DNA of 63,996 nt, counting the filler, from Folioceros fuciformis (taxonomy: Eukaryota): NCBI GenBank assembly GCA_049999805.1. It is 13 parts of 13 records of this genome, joined end to end, with 100 filler letters (N's around TTAATTAATTAA, not from the genome) between each part and the next. Parts side by side here need not be neighbours in the genome. Positions count along the whole stretch, not along the records: positions 1 to 28,382 come from JBNGIO010007223.1; positions 28,483 to 29,494 come from JBNGIO010007224.1; positions 29,595 to 31,347 come from JBNGIO010007225.1; positions 31,448 to 32,694 come from JBNGIO010007226.1; positions 32,795 to 41,295 come from JBNGIO010007227.1; 8 more parts are not named here. One strand, given 5' to 3'. Both the position numbers and the translations under genes were made by a program. A model generated the notes under the pieces. That model was not told the DNA's origin and made no database searches. It was given only the letters and a program-made list of their open reading frames with translations. Below, piece by piece: positions 22,101-34,931 of this stretch. How positions within the stretch are numbered: position 1 is the stretch's first letter; every line of letters begins with the position of its first letter.

Positions 22101-25100
22101 TTGGTCATCCTCACATGGCAAAATTGCAGAAGTTGGCTGTAAGTACTTTATATCAAGATGGCCCTATTGGCCCATTAGCTGCTATTCCCCTATGTGAAGC
22201 TTGTGTATTATCTAAGAAACACCAAGCAGCATTCAAGAATAAAGCCCCTTACCACGCAGTAGATATTCTTGAGCTTGTGCACACAGATATGTGTGGACCC
22301 CTGTCTCAAACAGTCCATTGGTGGTGAACGTTATTTTCTAACGTTTACCGATGACAAAAGTCGTTTTGTCACCACCTATGTTCTAAAACAGAAGAGTGAG
22401 TGCTTTTCCTATTTTAAGGAATATATTAAGTTTGCTGAACGTTGGACAGGTAAACAACTTAAGACACTAAGATCAAATAACGGTGGTGAATTCATTTCTA
22501 ATGAATTTCAAAGCTTTTGCAAGGATGAGGGCATAGGCCGTCAACTTACTGTTGTGTATACTCTGCAGCAGAACGTCTGAATCTTACATTGCAGGAAATG
22601 GTTTCCTCCTTGTTGCATGATGCTGAGCTACCACTTCCCTATTGGGCTGAAGCCCTTATGACCTCCACTTACCTGCGCAACAGGCTGCCAACAAGTGCAG
22701 TTGCTGATAAAACCCCCTATGAGGCCTTTACAGGCCGCAAACCATCTATACAGCATTTAAGAATGTTTGGTTGCCTAGCCTATGCATTTATTCCTAAAAG
22801 AAAAGGAGTAAACTTTCAGATAAAGCACGCAAGTTGCTTATGCTGGGGCTATACAGAGGGGATAAAACCTTACAAGTTGTATGATGTTCCTTCTAACAGA
22901 GTGATCTATGCTCGAAGTGTGACATTTGATGAAACCAGGACTTGGGCTTCAGTGGGAGCTCATCCCTCTCTTCCAGACTCTGATGATGCTGAAGACACTC
23001 TTGAGATTTCTTATTTTGACCTTACAGATCATGGCACTAATGATTCGGATGTATCTCCTGCAAGGGGGGACACATCAGTTACTATTCCAGAGTCAGAAGC
23101 AGATGCATCATTGTTAGACTCTGATCAATCTGTTTTGCAGGACCTCCATCCTCATGGAGACATCTTACCTGATCCCCCTATCCTCCATTTGATGAGCCTG
23201 ATTTGCCAGACTCTGAACCCATTGCTGCAGATGATATTGAATCAATACCTATGCAAGACTCTGCACCTGTTCGCCGCTATCCTACCCGTGAACGGCGACC
23301 TCCTGATTTTTACAGTGCACCTGACTTTCGTCCTTCTTCTGATTATGTTCAGGCTTATGCTGCTATTGATCTTGATCCTATTGAGCCACAATCATATCCT
23401 GAGGCTCTAAGCAGACCTGATCACAAGGAGTGGGAGAAAGCCATACAGTCAGAATATGATTCACTCATTGAAAATGGCACATGGGAATTGGCAAAGTTAC
23501 CCCCTCGCAGAAAAATGGTTACATGCAAATGGGTGTTCAAACTCAAAGTTAAAGCATATGGTACATTTGACAAATACAAAGCTCGTCTTGTAGTACGAGG
23601 CTTTTCACAAATGCCAGGTGTAGACTACCTGGAGACTTATGCTCCTGTGGTGAAACTCCCAACCCTGCGAGCCATGTGTGCAATATCAGCATATAAGGAT
23701 TATGAATTACAGATGTTTGATGTCAAGACAGCATTCTTGAATGGCAAACTTGATACTGAAATTTATATGCAACAACATCCTGGCTATGAAGAAAAAGGCA
23801 AGGATTATGTTTGTAAATTACACAAAACCTTATATGGCTTGAAGCAATCTGCAATGGCCTGGAATGCAATGTTGGACGCTGAACTTTTGGTCTTTGGCTT
23901 CACCAAGAGCCAAGCTGATGGAAGCCTTTACATCTACAACAAGAATGACATTGTGTGTTATTTGGCAGTGTATGTAGATGATTTAATACTATCCAGCAAC
24001 AACCAAGTTTTCATTACAAAGATAACAGACTTACTTGCAACTAAGTTTAAGATGTCTAATCTTGGTCCCCTCCAGAGGTGCCTTGGTATACATGTGGAGC
24101 GCAACAGAAAAAAGAGAGTTATCACTCTAACACAACCAAGATACTTGCAGGCTAGTGCAGAACAGTTAGGACTGAAAGATGGAAAATCAGCTGCAACATC
24201 TTTACCTTTGGTCTAAAGTTGAGCAAAGACATGTCACCTCAGACATATGTTGAAAAAGGAAAAATGGCATTGGTGCCTTATAGGCAAGCTGTTGGTAAAT
24301 TGATATATGCTGCCAATACTACCCGTCTTGAGGTAGCCTTTGCCACAAGCTCCCTCTCACAATTCCTTGAAAATCCAGGTCAAGAGCACTGGTCATGTGC
24401 TAAACGAGTATTCAGATACTTAAAGGGAACACCTCACAAGTATATCAGCTTATTGTTTTGTGGCCAACTCCTCTGTAGTTAATTGTTCATGTAGAAAACA
24501 AGCAGCCATCTCCCTGTCTTCCACAGAGTCTGAGTACAAGGCACTCACTGAATCCACTAAGGAGGCTAAGTGGGAAAGGAAGCTTTGTGAAGACTTGGGT
24601 ATGAAGCAAGAAGGGCCAACAATCTTGCATTGTGACAACATGTCAGCAATTGCTTTGGTTGCTAACCCCGTCTTCCATGCACGCACCAAGCATATAGAAA
24701 TTCAACATCATTATATTAGGGATGCTGGTGAGAGAGGTATCGTCAAGGTTCAATATATACCTACCGACGACAACACAGCAGATGTCCTGACCAAGTCCTT
24801 GCCTAAGTTCAAACATTGTTTTCACATAAAAGGGCTTGGTTTGGTGGATTGTAGTAGATACATGACACTAGACAAATCACTTATTTGGTAGGACCTTTCA
24901 CTACACAAATATTCCGTCACTGAGGTTGATGATACGAAGCAATTGGCATGCTTCTCTTCTGGTCACTGGAGTGGTGTTGTACTTTGTGAGATCGTGTAGA
25001 CTATAGGCTCTACAAGAGTGAGGACTACCGACTTTAGGTGATAGCCGTTTTGACGATGTTTAAAGTTTGGCGTCAACAGTAGTGATCTCCGTTTGTACTT

Positions 25101-25352
25101 AGGAGCTCTCTTCTAACAACAACCAGCACGTGTCTGAGAGGGAGAGTTGGAATATTAGGCAGACCACGTGAATCTGTATTACGTTGGTTAGCCTAACTAG
25201 ACATAGTTATAAGTGTAGTTAGTTAACTGGCAGGTTAGTCAAAGGGCACACCCCTTCGTAAACTGCTACTTAAGGCCTACCTTTGTATTTACCTAATCAA
25301 TTTGCAAATAGATCATTTTCAATGCATTTGCTTCCGCGTTAGTAATTCTAAC
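19200..25352 (+). mobile_element. Ty1/copia element (copia B), frameshifted gag-pol, non-matching LTRs
   Basis: PBS TGGTATCAGAGCC at 19490-19502. Gag-protease ORF 20580-21866 (CNWCKLPGHWEREC, WYFDTGAT), integrase, RT (YVDD) and RNase H to 24891. PPT GAGAGGGAG at about 25136-25144. Confidence 0.9.
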
Positions 25353-25411
25353 TAGAAGTGCTGTCGGTGAGAGTGGCTGAACGACTGGGAAAGTCTTGGG
25401 TAGCGTGAGAC

Positions 25412-25875
25412 CCTGGAGCGCCATTTAGATCCTAAGCGAGATCAGGAGAGGTGAGTCGCCTAGAGTTAGAAAGAGAGAAGAGAGAGAGAGACCAAGTGTG
25501 GGGCCCGCCAAGGTAGTGGAGTCCACGACTATCGTGGAGTAACGACCAAGGTAGTCGAAGAGCTGAGGCAGTAGAAGTACCCCTGGGGTAGTTGAAAAGC
25601 CGGTAGTTGAAGAGACCCCCCCCTGGTAGTTGAGTGAGTCCGTAAGGTAGTACAGGGCCCGGTTAGCTGAGCCGCAACGGAGGTAGTGGTAGCTGATTGG
25701 CAGGTAGAGGAGCAAAAGGTAGATAAAGTCTGACCTTGGATAGTAATTGACTTTGTGAGAAAACCCGTGTTATTTAGCACAAATCATTCCTTTGGGATCG
25801 AATCCCTGAGCTATAACGACAAAGAGGGTTTGTGTGGACCTTGCAGCACCCCCGGGTGTGATATTTTCCCCCACA
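25412..25875 (-). mobile_element. Probable gypsy-type 5' LTR plus PBS-like sequence, inserted in the copia C RT
   Basis: The copia RT frame breaks after AFVAHH, where the minus strand starts TGTGGGGG. About 450 bp further comes TGGCGCTCCAGGG. Confidence 0.5.
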
Positions 25876-28382
25876 TGGTGTGCTACGAAGGCAAGAAGAA
25901 TTCTAATGGAGGTCGACTTCACTATTGGACTAAAAAGTCTGGTTTCCTCGTAGTCGAAGCCAGGGATCTGAGTGAAGCCTCTTGCAACAAGTCTGGCCTT
26001 ATGTCTTGCTACTATTCCGTCTGGATTGAGTTTGCGCCTGAATGTCCACTTGCAGGAGATAGGTTTTCTTCCTTTCGGTAAGTCCACCAACTTCCACGCT
26101 TTGTTGCTCATTAGGGAGTCGTACTCTGATTGTACTGCAGCTGTCCATTCTGGTGAAGCAAGTGCCTCGTCTATGGATAGGGGTACTCCCTACATTTCAA
26201 TGGCCGATAGTGCCTGGTGTGCAACATCTTCCAACTAGTCGGTGTGAGGTTGAGAGATGGAGGAAGCCTGGCGCTCCATGGGACCTGTGAGGGTATCACC
26301 AGGAATGTATGGTGGCTCTTTCCATTCACTTCATGTAGGTTTGTTTCTGGTGGATCTTCTGATAGCTTCTGGAGGTGTAGGCTAAGTGGGTTCGGGATGG
26401 TACACTTGGGGTATTATCTCCGGGACAGTAACCTCTAGGATTTGGGAGTCTGGAGATGATGTGGAGTGAGAGAGGTCTGGTTGCTGCTGTACAGGCTACT
26501 GGGCTAGTGGTTGTTAGGTTGGTGGTGTAGGTTGTTGAAGTACTTCTTGTTGGATCACCTTTTGAGTTTGCAGTGAGGTGATGTTATCGTAGTCTGTGGC
26601 CCCTTCAAACTCAAGGGGGGATTCAGTGGTAGAATGGCCAAAAATGCTAGGTGCAGGCAAGGGAGTGGAAGTGAGGGAGGACTGGAGGAGTGTGTTGAGG
26701 AGATGGGTTTTGTGGAAATGAACAATGCGGGAATGGATTACCTCTCAAGAGTGGGGATCAAAGAGCCGGTAGGCTTTGACTTGGTCCAAGTATCCTTTGA
26801 ACAACATCTTTCGACCTGTATCATCCCACTTCCTTTGGGTTTTTGCAGCAATATGGGCGAAGGTGGGACTGCCGAAAATATGGAGGTGGGATACCCTAGG
26901 TTTGTGGCCGCTCCACCTCTCGAATGGAGTAGTGCAGGGGAGTTCCTTAGTTGGAAGCCTGTTTTTCAGGTAAGTGGAAGTGAACAGAGCTTCTGCCTAG
27001 TATGCTTTTGTTAAGCCTGCCTGCAAGTTTGAGGAGGGACCTCAAGATTTCCAACAAGGAACGATTCAGTCGTTCAACGAAAGGGTTCTGTGAGGGAGTA
27101 TAAGGTACCGTGTTCTGTCGTTGAATACCCTTAGAGCGGCAGAATCTTTGGAAGGCATTGTTGATGTACTCACCCCTATTGTCTGTTCGCAAGGTGGTTA
27201 CTTGAAATCCTGTTTGCCACTCAGCAGTGAGAAGAAAGTCTTGGAAACATGAAAGGGCCTCGCCCTTTCGTTTCAAGAAGTAGACATGGCAGTATCTGCT
27301 CCATTCGTCCAAGAACGTAATGAAATAGCTGTGGCCTCCAAAGGAGTCGGTGCTCATGGGTCCACATATATCGGAGTGGATTGTCTTAAGCAGTCATCTG
27401 GCACGGGTAGGAGAAGGGTCTTTGAAAGGTGATTGGTTTAACTTGGTATACTGACATATCTTGCAGAAGAAGTCCTTGTGAACTTTGTGCTTGACAGGAT
27501 CCTTATACATGGTGGGGTCTGCAAGCATGTTGAGGTATCTAGAATTCATATGGCTTGCACGGCAGTGCCGTAACAAGGACTTGTTTGAGGATGTTGGTGG
27601 ACTGCTATCTACCAAGAGTGATGTAGATTGGATGTTTAAGAGGTAAAGATCATTGAAGGGAAGTCCGTGAGCTAGGGCTATTTTCTCAGGGTCTTTGTTG
27701 TGACAGATGGTGCAGTGGTTTCCTTGGAACGTGATGGTGAGGTCATGTTTTGTGGCTAACTTACGGATTGCCAGCAAGTTCTTGGTCATTGCAAGTACGT
27801 GGAGGACTTTGTTGATGGTGAGGAGCTCTCCAGTAGAAAGACGCAGTTGGACTTCTCCTGAACCTTGAATGGGTAGTGCACTATCATCTCCAAAGAGGAT
27901 GTGTTGGTCGGAGAGGACCGGGTGGTAGGAGGTAAACATGTCTTGATAGCTACATATGTGTGTGGTGGCTCCAGAGTCTAAGAACCAACGACATGTGTCT
28001 GTTCTGGTAAGGGTGAGGCAGATTGCTAAGATGGAACTAGCTGACGACGACTTGGTAGTTGTGGTAAGGTGAGACTCGTTTCTGGGAGCTTCTCTGCGTG
28101 GCTCGCCTGCTTGCTTCTTTCGGCATTCACTTTGGTAGTGACCAAGATTTTTGCACCAGTTACATGCTCGTTTGGCTGATCTTCTGTCAAATGATCTGTT
28201 TTGTGAAAATTGTCGACTTGGGAAGCCCGAGAAGCTTGGAGAAGGTGGGCCTCTTCGCTTGGGGAAACCTCCTCGTCCTTTACCACACCTATTTCCTCGA
28301 CCTCTGGAAGTGAAGAGGGCGTGGCTTACCTCAATATTATTGCGTGAGGTGCCGATTCTGCTGGATTCTTTCTCGAGCAATG
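25876..28382 (-). mobile_element. Ty1/copia fragment (copia C), gag knuckle to start of RT; close relative of copia A
   Basis: CNWCKNLGHYQSEC, WFLDSGATTH, integrase (FLDEWSRY, LRTDNRGEY) and [20 protein letters not shown]. Confidence 0.93.
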
Positions 28383-28427
28383 NNNNNNNNNNNNNNNNNN
28401 NNNNNNNNNNNNNNNNNNNNNNNNNNT

Positions 28428-28439
28428 TAATTAATTAAN
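28428..28439. other. Artificial contig linker TTAATTAATTAA flanked by N runs (first of 12)
   Basis: The same linker occurs near 28428, 29539, 31392, 32739, 41340, 42445, 43569, 53100, 54482, 56125, 57269 and 62906. Confidence 0.97.
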
Positions 28440-28482
28440 NNNNNNNNNNNNNNNNNNNNNNNNNNNNNNNNNNNNNNNNNNN

Positions 28483-29493
28483 AACCCTCTTCTACATGTA
28501 GGTGGTGGGCTACCCTTCTCTCACACTAGGCGCCACCATCTTTAACTGTGCACACCTACCAAGAGGCTATGTAATTGCTAGGGTAGTGCACGCCGATGAA
28601 GATTAGGACTGTCGGCGCTGCCATAGAAGATCCGTTGACCCTCTCTCCAAAAAGCTGTGGCTAGGACTATTCTTGAAGGGAGGCAGAGTCTGAAGGTTGA
28701 GCTACTAGGCCCCCCTCCATTATTGGAATTCGTCTTCTCTTGGATCCACGAGCTTCCACTGTATCTTCCTCTATGTGGATCTCTTAGGATATCCCTTCAC
28801 CACCACCTATAGGTTTGGTAGGGAAGGGATTCACTTGTTCTTCAACTTGAGGTTCCTTCCCTACGTAGGGTGAGGATGTCCCCTTCGTAGGTAGGGTCCT
28901 TATTGCTGCCTTCGTAGGTAGGTTCCCTACCCCTCCTCTCGTAGGTAGGTTCCCTACGATTTCCACCCATTGTCGTAGGTAGATTGTCTACCCCATTGCC
29001 GTAGGTGGGGTGTCTATCGTATAAGTACCTTCCCTACCTATGTAGGTATCTTCCAATTTCCCCATGTAGGTACTCTCTCTACGGATGTAGGTAGACATCC
29101 TACTACATAAGTATCTTCTTATCCTAACCTACCAAAATAGAACTAAAAAAATCCATAAAAACCTTCACCAGCCGCTCACTACCTACCATGGGCACTTGCC
29201 CAAAAAACCTACCTTCCACGTGCTTCCCTTCAAACTATTTTGAACAAAAAGAAACCAAGTTAGTCTTTCCTAGACCGATTACAAAACTTTTCCATTCCAC
29301 ATTACTCCCCACCTCACATGTTTGCGTCCTCGCAAACACCAAGCATTCTACGAAAACACGTTGTCCTCAACTTGTTGTTAGGGTTATTTAGTAAAGTCTA
29401 GTTAACCTTGCATGGTTAACGTTAGGGTTTAATTTATAGAAGTATTTAAGACAATTTTGTCTGCTAAATAACTTAACCAGTATAAAAAAAAAA
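28483..29493 (-). mobile_element. Probable gypsy post-pol region with about 24-bp GTAGGTAGG repeats
   Basis: Shares the hairpin TGTTTGCGTCCTCGCAAACA with the gypsy integrase end at 54561. Degenerate repeats at about 28860-29100. Confidence 0.45.
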
Positions 29494-29594
29494 ANNNNNN
29501 NNNNNNNNNNNNNNNNNNNNNNNNNNNNNNNNNNNNNNTTAATTAATTAANNNNNNNNNNNNNNNNNNNNNNNNNNNNNNNNNNNNNNNNNNNN

Positions 29595-31347
29595 CCCCCA
29601 GTTGGTATCCCCCCACTTCAACCTTACTTCAACATCGTTAATATCAATATTGTCTTCAAGGAAAAGGATAGATTTAACGGTACGAAGTTTGAGGTGTGGT
29701 CAAAGCGCATGAAGACTATGCTCAACACTCGAGATCTTCTCCCCATTGTGGAGGGAACCATTCCCAAGCCCTCCGCTAATCCGGCTGCCATTGATGCTTG
29801 GTTCGTCAAGATCGATAGGCTATGCAGATGTTGATCTCTGGCCTCGACAAGGTTACCTTACATCACACTAATGGTGCGTCCACATATGTTGAAGCTTGGA
29901 AGCAAATCACTAACATCTATCAGTCCACGAACGTGATGACGCTGGTCACGGTATGCCTAGAATTCTATTCTTTGCGCATGGGCCCCAATGACAGCGTTGC
30001 TCAGCACGTTAGCAAGTTTTGATATTTGCGAGCCCAGCTTGCTGCTCTTGGGACAACTATCACCGAATTTGAAGCTGTTGTTCAGTTATTGGCTAGCCTC
30101 CTAGCTAGCTACTAGACATTTTTCTCCTCTCAAAACCAAACGGTGAGAAATGCACATCAGGTTGTGCAGTTGGGTATGGTTCCCAACATCACTGTGTTCG
30201 AGATCGCTGGAGCACTCCTTCAAGAGGAGTTTGCCAGGTTCAATATTGGGACTTCCAAACATGGAGGAGAGAGGGTCATGTTCGTCTCCAAAGGACGGCA
30301 ATCGCAGCGTAAGAATTCTTATGATAATAACAATTGAAGGAATAACTCCACATGTACTTCTAAGCCTGCTTCCTCAGCACCCTCTTTGTCAAAGACACCA
30401 AGGTGGCAAGGTACGTGCAACTGGTGCCAGTCCCCAGGTCATTGGGAAAGGGATTGCAGGAAGAAGCAAGCTAGTGAGGCCAAGCACGAACCTCGCACGG
30501 CAAATACCGTGGTGGTTTCGACTAAGGCCAAGAACCATTCTAACCCTGGCGTTGCTCTCACTGTATGTCTTGTGACCTTTGAGTACAAGAGTTCCTGGCT
30601 GATAGATTCTGCCGCGTTAGCGCATATCTATAGCCACAAGTCGATGTTCGCTATGTATGCAGCGTATGCTAATACTCGGCGTTCCGTACTACTTGGGGAT
30701 GACTCTGGTCTTTCTATTGCGGGACATGGTTCCATCACCTTCACTCTGGATGATGGTTCCTTGCTATTTCTTACTAATGTGCTACATGTTCCCCACATGG
30801 CCAAGAATCTTATCTTTGTTAGACATCTGTGCGGGACGGATCCTTTCGCCTCAACTTTGGCCTTGGAGGCTGTCTGTTATCTCGGACTTCTAACCCACGG
30901 GTTATTGTTGCTAAAGGTCGTCCTTGTCATGATTTATATGTCTTTTCAAGCAAGCCCGTGCTTTTAGCGGTTGCCTCTACGGTGGTTTCCTCTCACGGAG
31001 ACCAGCCTCATAGGAGCTCGCATCTAGGTGCAGCTCTCTTGTGGCATTGCTGGCTTGCGCACCTTAACCTTGCTCGATTGCTTGCCAACTCCCAGCAAGA
31101 CTTGTACCAAGACAAACTTCCTAAGCTTCCGTCAACAAAGCCTCTCTGCGAAGCTTGTGTCCTTGCTAAACAGCAAAGTTCCCCTTATCCTACTCTTCCT
31201 GCTCGTCGGTCTTTGGCACCTCTTGATTTGGTCCATGTAGATTTATGTGGTCCTCTCCCTGTCTCGTCTTTAGGCGGATCACTTTATGACTGTTGTGGAT
31301 GACTTCAGTCGATATACGTTTGCGTTTCCTATCCGTCTTAAGAGTGA
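29595..31347 (+). mobile_element. Ty1/copia fragment (copia D): gag, protease, start of integrase
   Basis: KEKDRFNGTKFEVW, CNWCQSPGHWERDC, WLIDSAA, CEACVLAKQ and LDLVHVDLCGP, with stops and frameshifts. Confidence 0.92.
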
Positions 31348-31513
31348 NNNNNNNNNNNNNNNNNNNNNNNNNNNNNNNNNNNNNNNNNNNNTTAATTAAT
31401 TAANNNNNNNNNNNNNNNNNNNNNNNNNNNNNNNNNNNNNNNNNNNNGCAGCACCCTCTAGACAGGAGAGGGGACCTCCTGTCCCCCAAATCGACCTGCT
31501 TCTGTGGCCCAAC

Positions 31514-32694
31514 ATGGAGCATTGGAGAGCCAGGGCAGGAAAATTGGTGGCAGAGTTGGGTTTGACTTTTATGACCCAAAAGTGGAACCATGCAGCACCT
31601 CAGCTGGTCAGGGAGTGCGCCCTGAGGCTGATAGAGCCCGTACGCAAGGAGGGGATCAGAGGCAGACCCCAGGAATGGAACTTGGAGTTGGTCAGGAGGG
31701 TCTACGGGGTCGACCAACAGGACGAAGGGGGGATGGTGCTGGAGTCCCTAAAGAGGCGTGGCGAAACGGGAGCGGCGAAAGCACTGCTCAAGGCAGGCAC
31801 GAGAAAGGAAGCGAACGGGTGGCTGGTGCGCGACATGGCAAGTCCCCAGCTGTTGGGATTGGCCAGGTGGGTCCTGAGCTTCTTTCGGGTACGCAAACAG
31901 GATTATCTGTCCGATCAGATGCTCCTGTTTGTGCATGAAGTAGTGAAGGGCACCAAGATCGACTGGGGAAGGATTTTATACACCCGGATGGATGAGGAGA
32001 GGCAGAACCTGATCCGACCCACCCCTGAACCTTCTATGATTTCCCCGTTTTCAATCCACGTGTACAGTTACGCTAACGTGGTCACTGAGCTAGAAAGGCT
32101 GGCCTCGCTGCACCTGTGGAAGCCAGTTCGGGATGTGAAGTGGAAGCCCGCTGAGCCAATAAGGGCTGCCTCTAGCAGTTGGGAAGCTGACAGTGGGGAT
32201 ATCTCACAGGAGGAAACCCCAGCCAAGCCCAGAAAGAGGATGGCCCCACAGAAGAAGGCTCCCACCACGAGGAAAAGGAACAGAGGACCAGGAGTGAGCA
32301 TGGGGGCTGATCAGGAGGAAGGGGGGACGGCCCTGGAGCAGACAGGCCAGCAGGAGGAAGAACAAGAACCAGCTGTCCAGGGAATCGAGGACCGAAGGTT
32401 GGAGGAACAAGGTCAAGGTGAGACAAGACCCGAGGAGCCACGGGATCAGGTAATGACAGCCGACACAGTTTCCTCTAGATAGGAGGATAAGTTAGGGCGC
32501 GTTCCAGCACAGGAGGGTTTTTCAGGGTGGGAGGACATTTTCAGGTGCAGGCCTCAGAGAGACAGGTTGCAGGTGGGGGACCTGGACAAGTTGCGAGAAC
32601 TCCTGGGCAGACAAATCACGGCGAGAGGAATGGGCACTGGAGGGGTACAGGAGGTGGACTTACCCGGATTGACTGCTGCAATGGTACAAGCCCA
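31514..32694 (+). CDS. Retroelement accessory protein of unknown function, partial
   Basis: 322-aa ORF (RGRPQEW..VYG..NGW..KIDWGRIL) with a basic/acidic low-complexity tail. The frame continues past one TAG. Paralog at 62962-63996. Confidence 0.55.
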
Positions 32695-32794
32695 NNNNNN
32701 NNNNNNNNNNNNNNNNNNNNNNNNNNNNNNNNNNNNNNTTAATTAATTAANNNNNNNNNNNNNNNNNNNNNNNNNNNNNNNNNNNNNNNNNNNN

Positions 32795-33867
32795 GATGGA
32801 GCTTCAAGTCAGATTCAAAGCCCTCTACAAAAAACAGCAAAGACCTACACACGCCAGAAAGGGTATTGATGGATTCGAGGGCACAGCCTACGTTAATTCA
32901 TTTCAATGGAGCATATGCCATGGGATTGAGGAAGGAGGATATACAGGAGACAAGATGGAAAATAAGAATGGCCAATGGAGGTTTGGAGGCAGTGATGGGG
33001 GAGACTAGGAAAAAATTGCAATTGTGTTTTAAATGTGGAACAGAGGAGGAGACAGTAATTGGTATGAAGTGCTTGATTGTTAAATCTAGAAATTTTGATG
33101 TCATCTTGGGAACATAAGCTTTGTTTATGCCTGGAGGAGGAGTGGATTTGTAGACAGAGGAGTTTTATTACCGTCCAAGGTGGCGACAAGGTGAGGGAAT
33201 GAGAGAGGCAAAAATTGCAGTTGCAGAAGGATGGGCAAGATGCATGCATAGTAAACATGACAACCTCTTTGGATGAACAGGATGCAGAAGATGAACATGA
33301 TAGATTGTGGGTTTTGCGTCATGTGGATAAGTCGTGTTTTAAAGAATGTAGTAATATCACATTGGAAGAGGATTCAATGAGAGAGTGTTGGTAGAGCATT
33401 AGCTGAGTCATAAACTTGTAACATTGAGTTTGTCTGTGCATGGATTGGTCTTGGTTGAGTTGTTTGTGGGATTGCATCTGGTTTGGAGGCTATGCTGGCT
33501 GCTGGATATGTGGTTAGACGCTACATTTATTGTGATCCAGATGAAGTTTGTCAAGCAATTGCAAAGACAAGAGTGTTCAAGCTGTGCAAAAAGTATCCTG
33601 AATAGTTAAAGGTTGAAGCTGTGAAGCAAGCGTTTTCTGCTTGGCCGCAGGATGTTAGGCTTATTGGGTTGATACAATTTCGGATCAAAGAAGAATTGAT
33701 CTTATAATAGCTAGTTGGGAATGCCAAGGGCACTCAATGGCATGCAAAAGAAAAGGTTTGTTAGATTATAGGTTTGTGTTATTTTATGAGCTAATAAGGA
33801 TTTTAAATTTGGTACAAAAACATCAAAAGAAAGAATGTGGGTTTTTTATTGAAAATTAGACGGGGGT
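32795..33867 (+). mobile_element. Ty3/gypsy pol, protease to start of RT (heavily decayed); continues at 40741
   Basis: VLMDSRAQ..IRMANG..FDVILG aspartic protease. The RT is interrupted by copia E. Confidence 0.75.
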
Positions 33868-34517
33868 TGTTGAGGGGTAACCTCACTCGCTTAGGTTTAC
33901 CCTAGATTAGTTATATTTGGGTTATTTAGTGAAGGGGTGCGTAGCCTAGTGGATAGGCTTATATTCACTTGGACAACACTTTTGTATTCATTCTCTCTTA
34001 TGCATAATTTATGTTTGGTTTCATGCTCTCTTCTCCTGCTCTACCATTTCTGACATGGTATCAGAGCATGGTTAAAAGACTATGGCTCCTGATCCCCATA
34101 ACCAGGATATTCAATACCGATATCTCGATCGATCCTAGAATTTATCATACCTTCTCCATCGATTATGGGTCAAGGCTATTGATACACTAGTATGGTTAGG
34201 CGATTGGTATAATTACACAATCAAAGGATCTTATGATCGTGTTTTTTACAGTGTCACGTCTATGCGTTTGAATAGGCGAGCAAACATGAGTCTCGATCTA
34301 GAACTACCATCCTATGTGCTTCCGCTGCCAAGCAGGAAGAATAAATGAAACCATAAATTCAGAATTTATATGGTCTGATTTTCTGGTCAATAAATACAGG
34401 GAAAAGCAGCAGGGACTTCAATCCCTGTTCTTCTCCCTGCATGACAGAATCAGCCTATTTTCAAATGATCTCTAAAAATATGATTCAAACCCCTAATCCT
34501 AACAGATCTACACCATA

Positions 34518-34931
34518 ATGCCTTCACGAAGGCGTGGTCGTCAAAGATCTGCATAGAACAGGGGAGCAAATCAACCTATTCAAATTCAGGAATTACAGCA
34601 GGAAATTGCTGAGGCGAATACTCACAATTTGAGCGATGGCGTGGTGACTGACCGTGACTTCCTGGCCTGGCGTATCGACAATCGACATGATCAACTTGTG
34701 CACATAATCCTTACGCAGGGTGCTAATGATATGTTTCAAGCCCGAAGGATCATTACTAGAATTGACAAGATTTCTTCTGAAATTGCACAAATCAGTGGGC
34801 GATTGGATCTCCTCATTCAAGAATTGCAGTGTTCCAACCAGCCTGAACCCATCTCCATGGTGCAGCCAGCAATGGGATTGTACCTGCCCACCCTGCTGCC
34901 CACTCCTGAAAAATTGGATGTAAGCCGTTAG
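34518..34931 (+). CDS. Extra sense ORF upstream of gag in copia E (one internal TAG)
   Basis: MPSRRRGRQRSA*NRG...RIDKISSEIAQISGRLDLLIQEL, in frame with the listed ORF 34629-34931. Confidence 0.45.

Noticed and set aside
28428-28439. Recurrent TTAATTAATTAA as a biological motif
   Set aside because: It is always embedded in N runs of similar length and gives stops in all frames, so it is an assembly linker.
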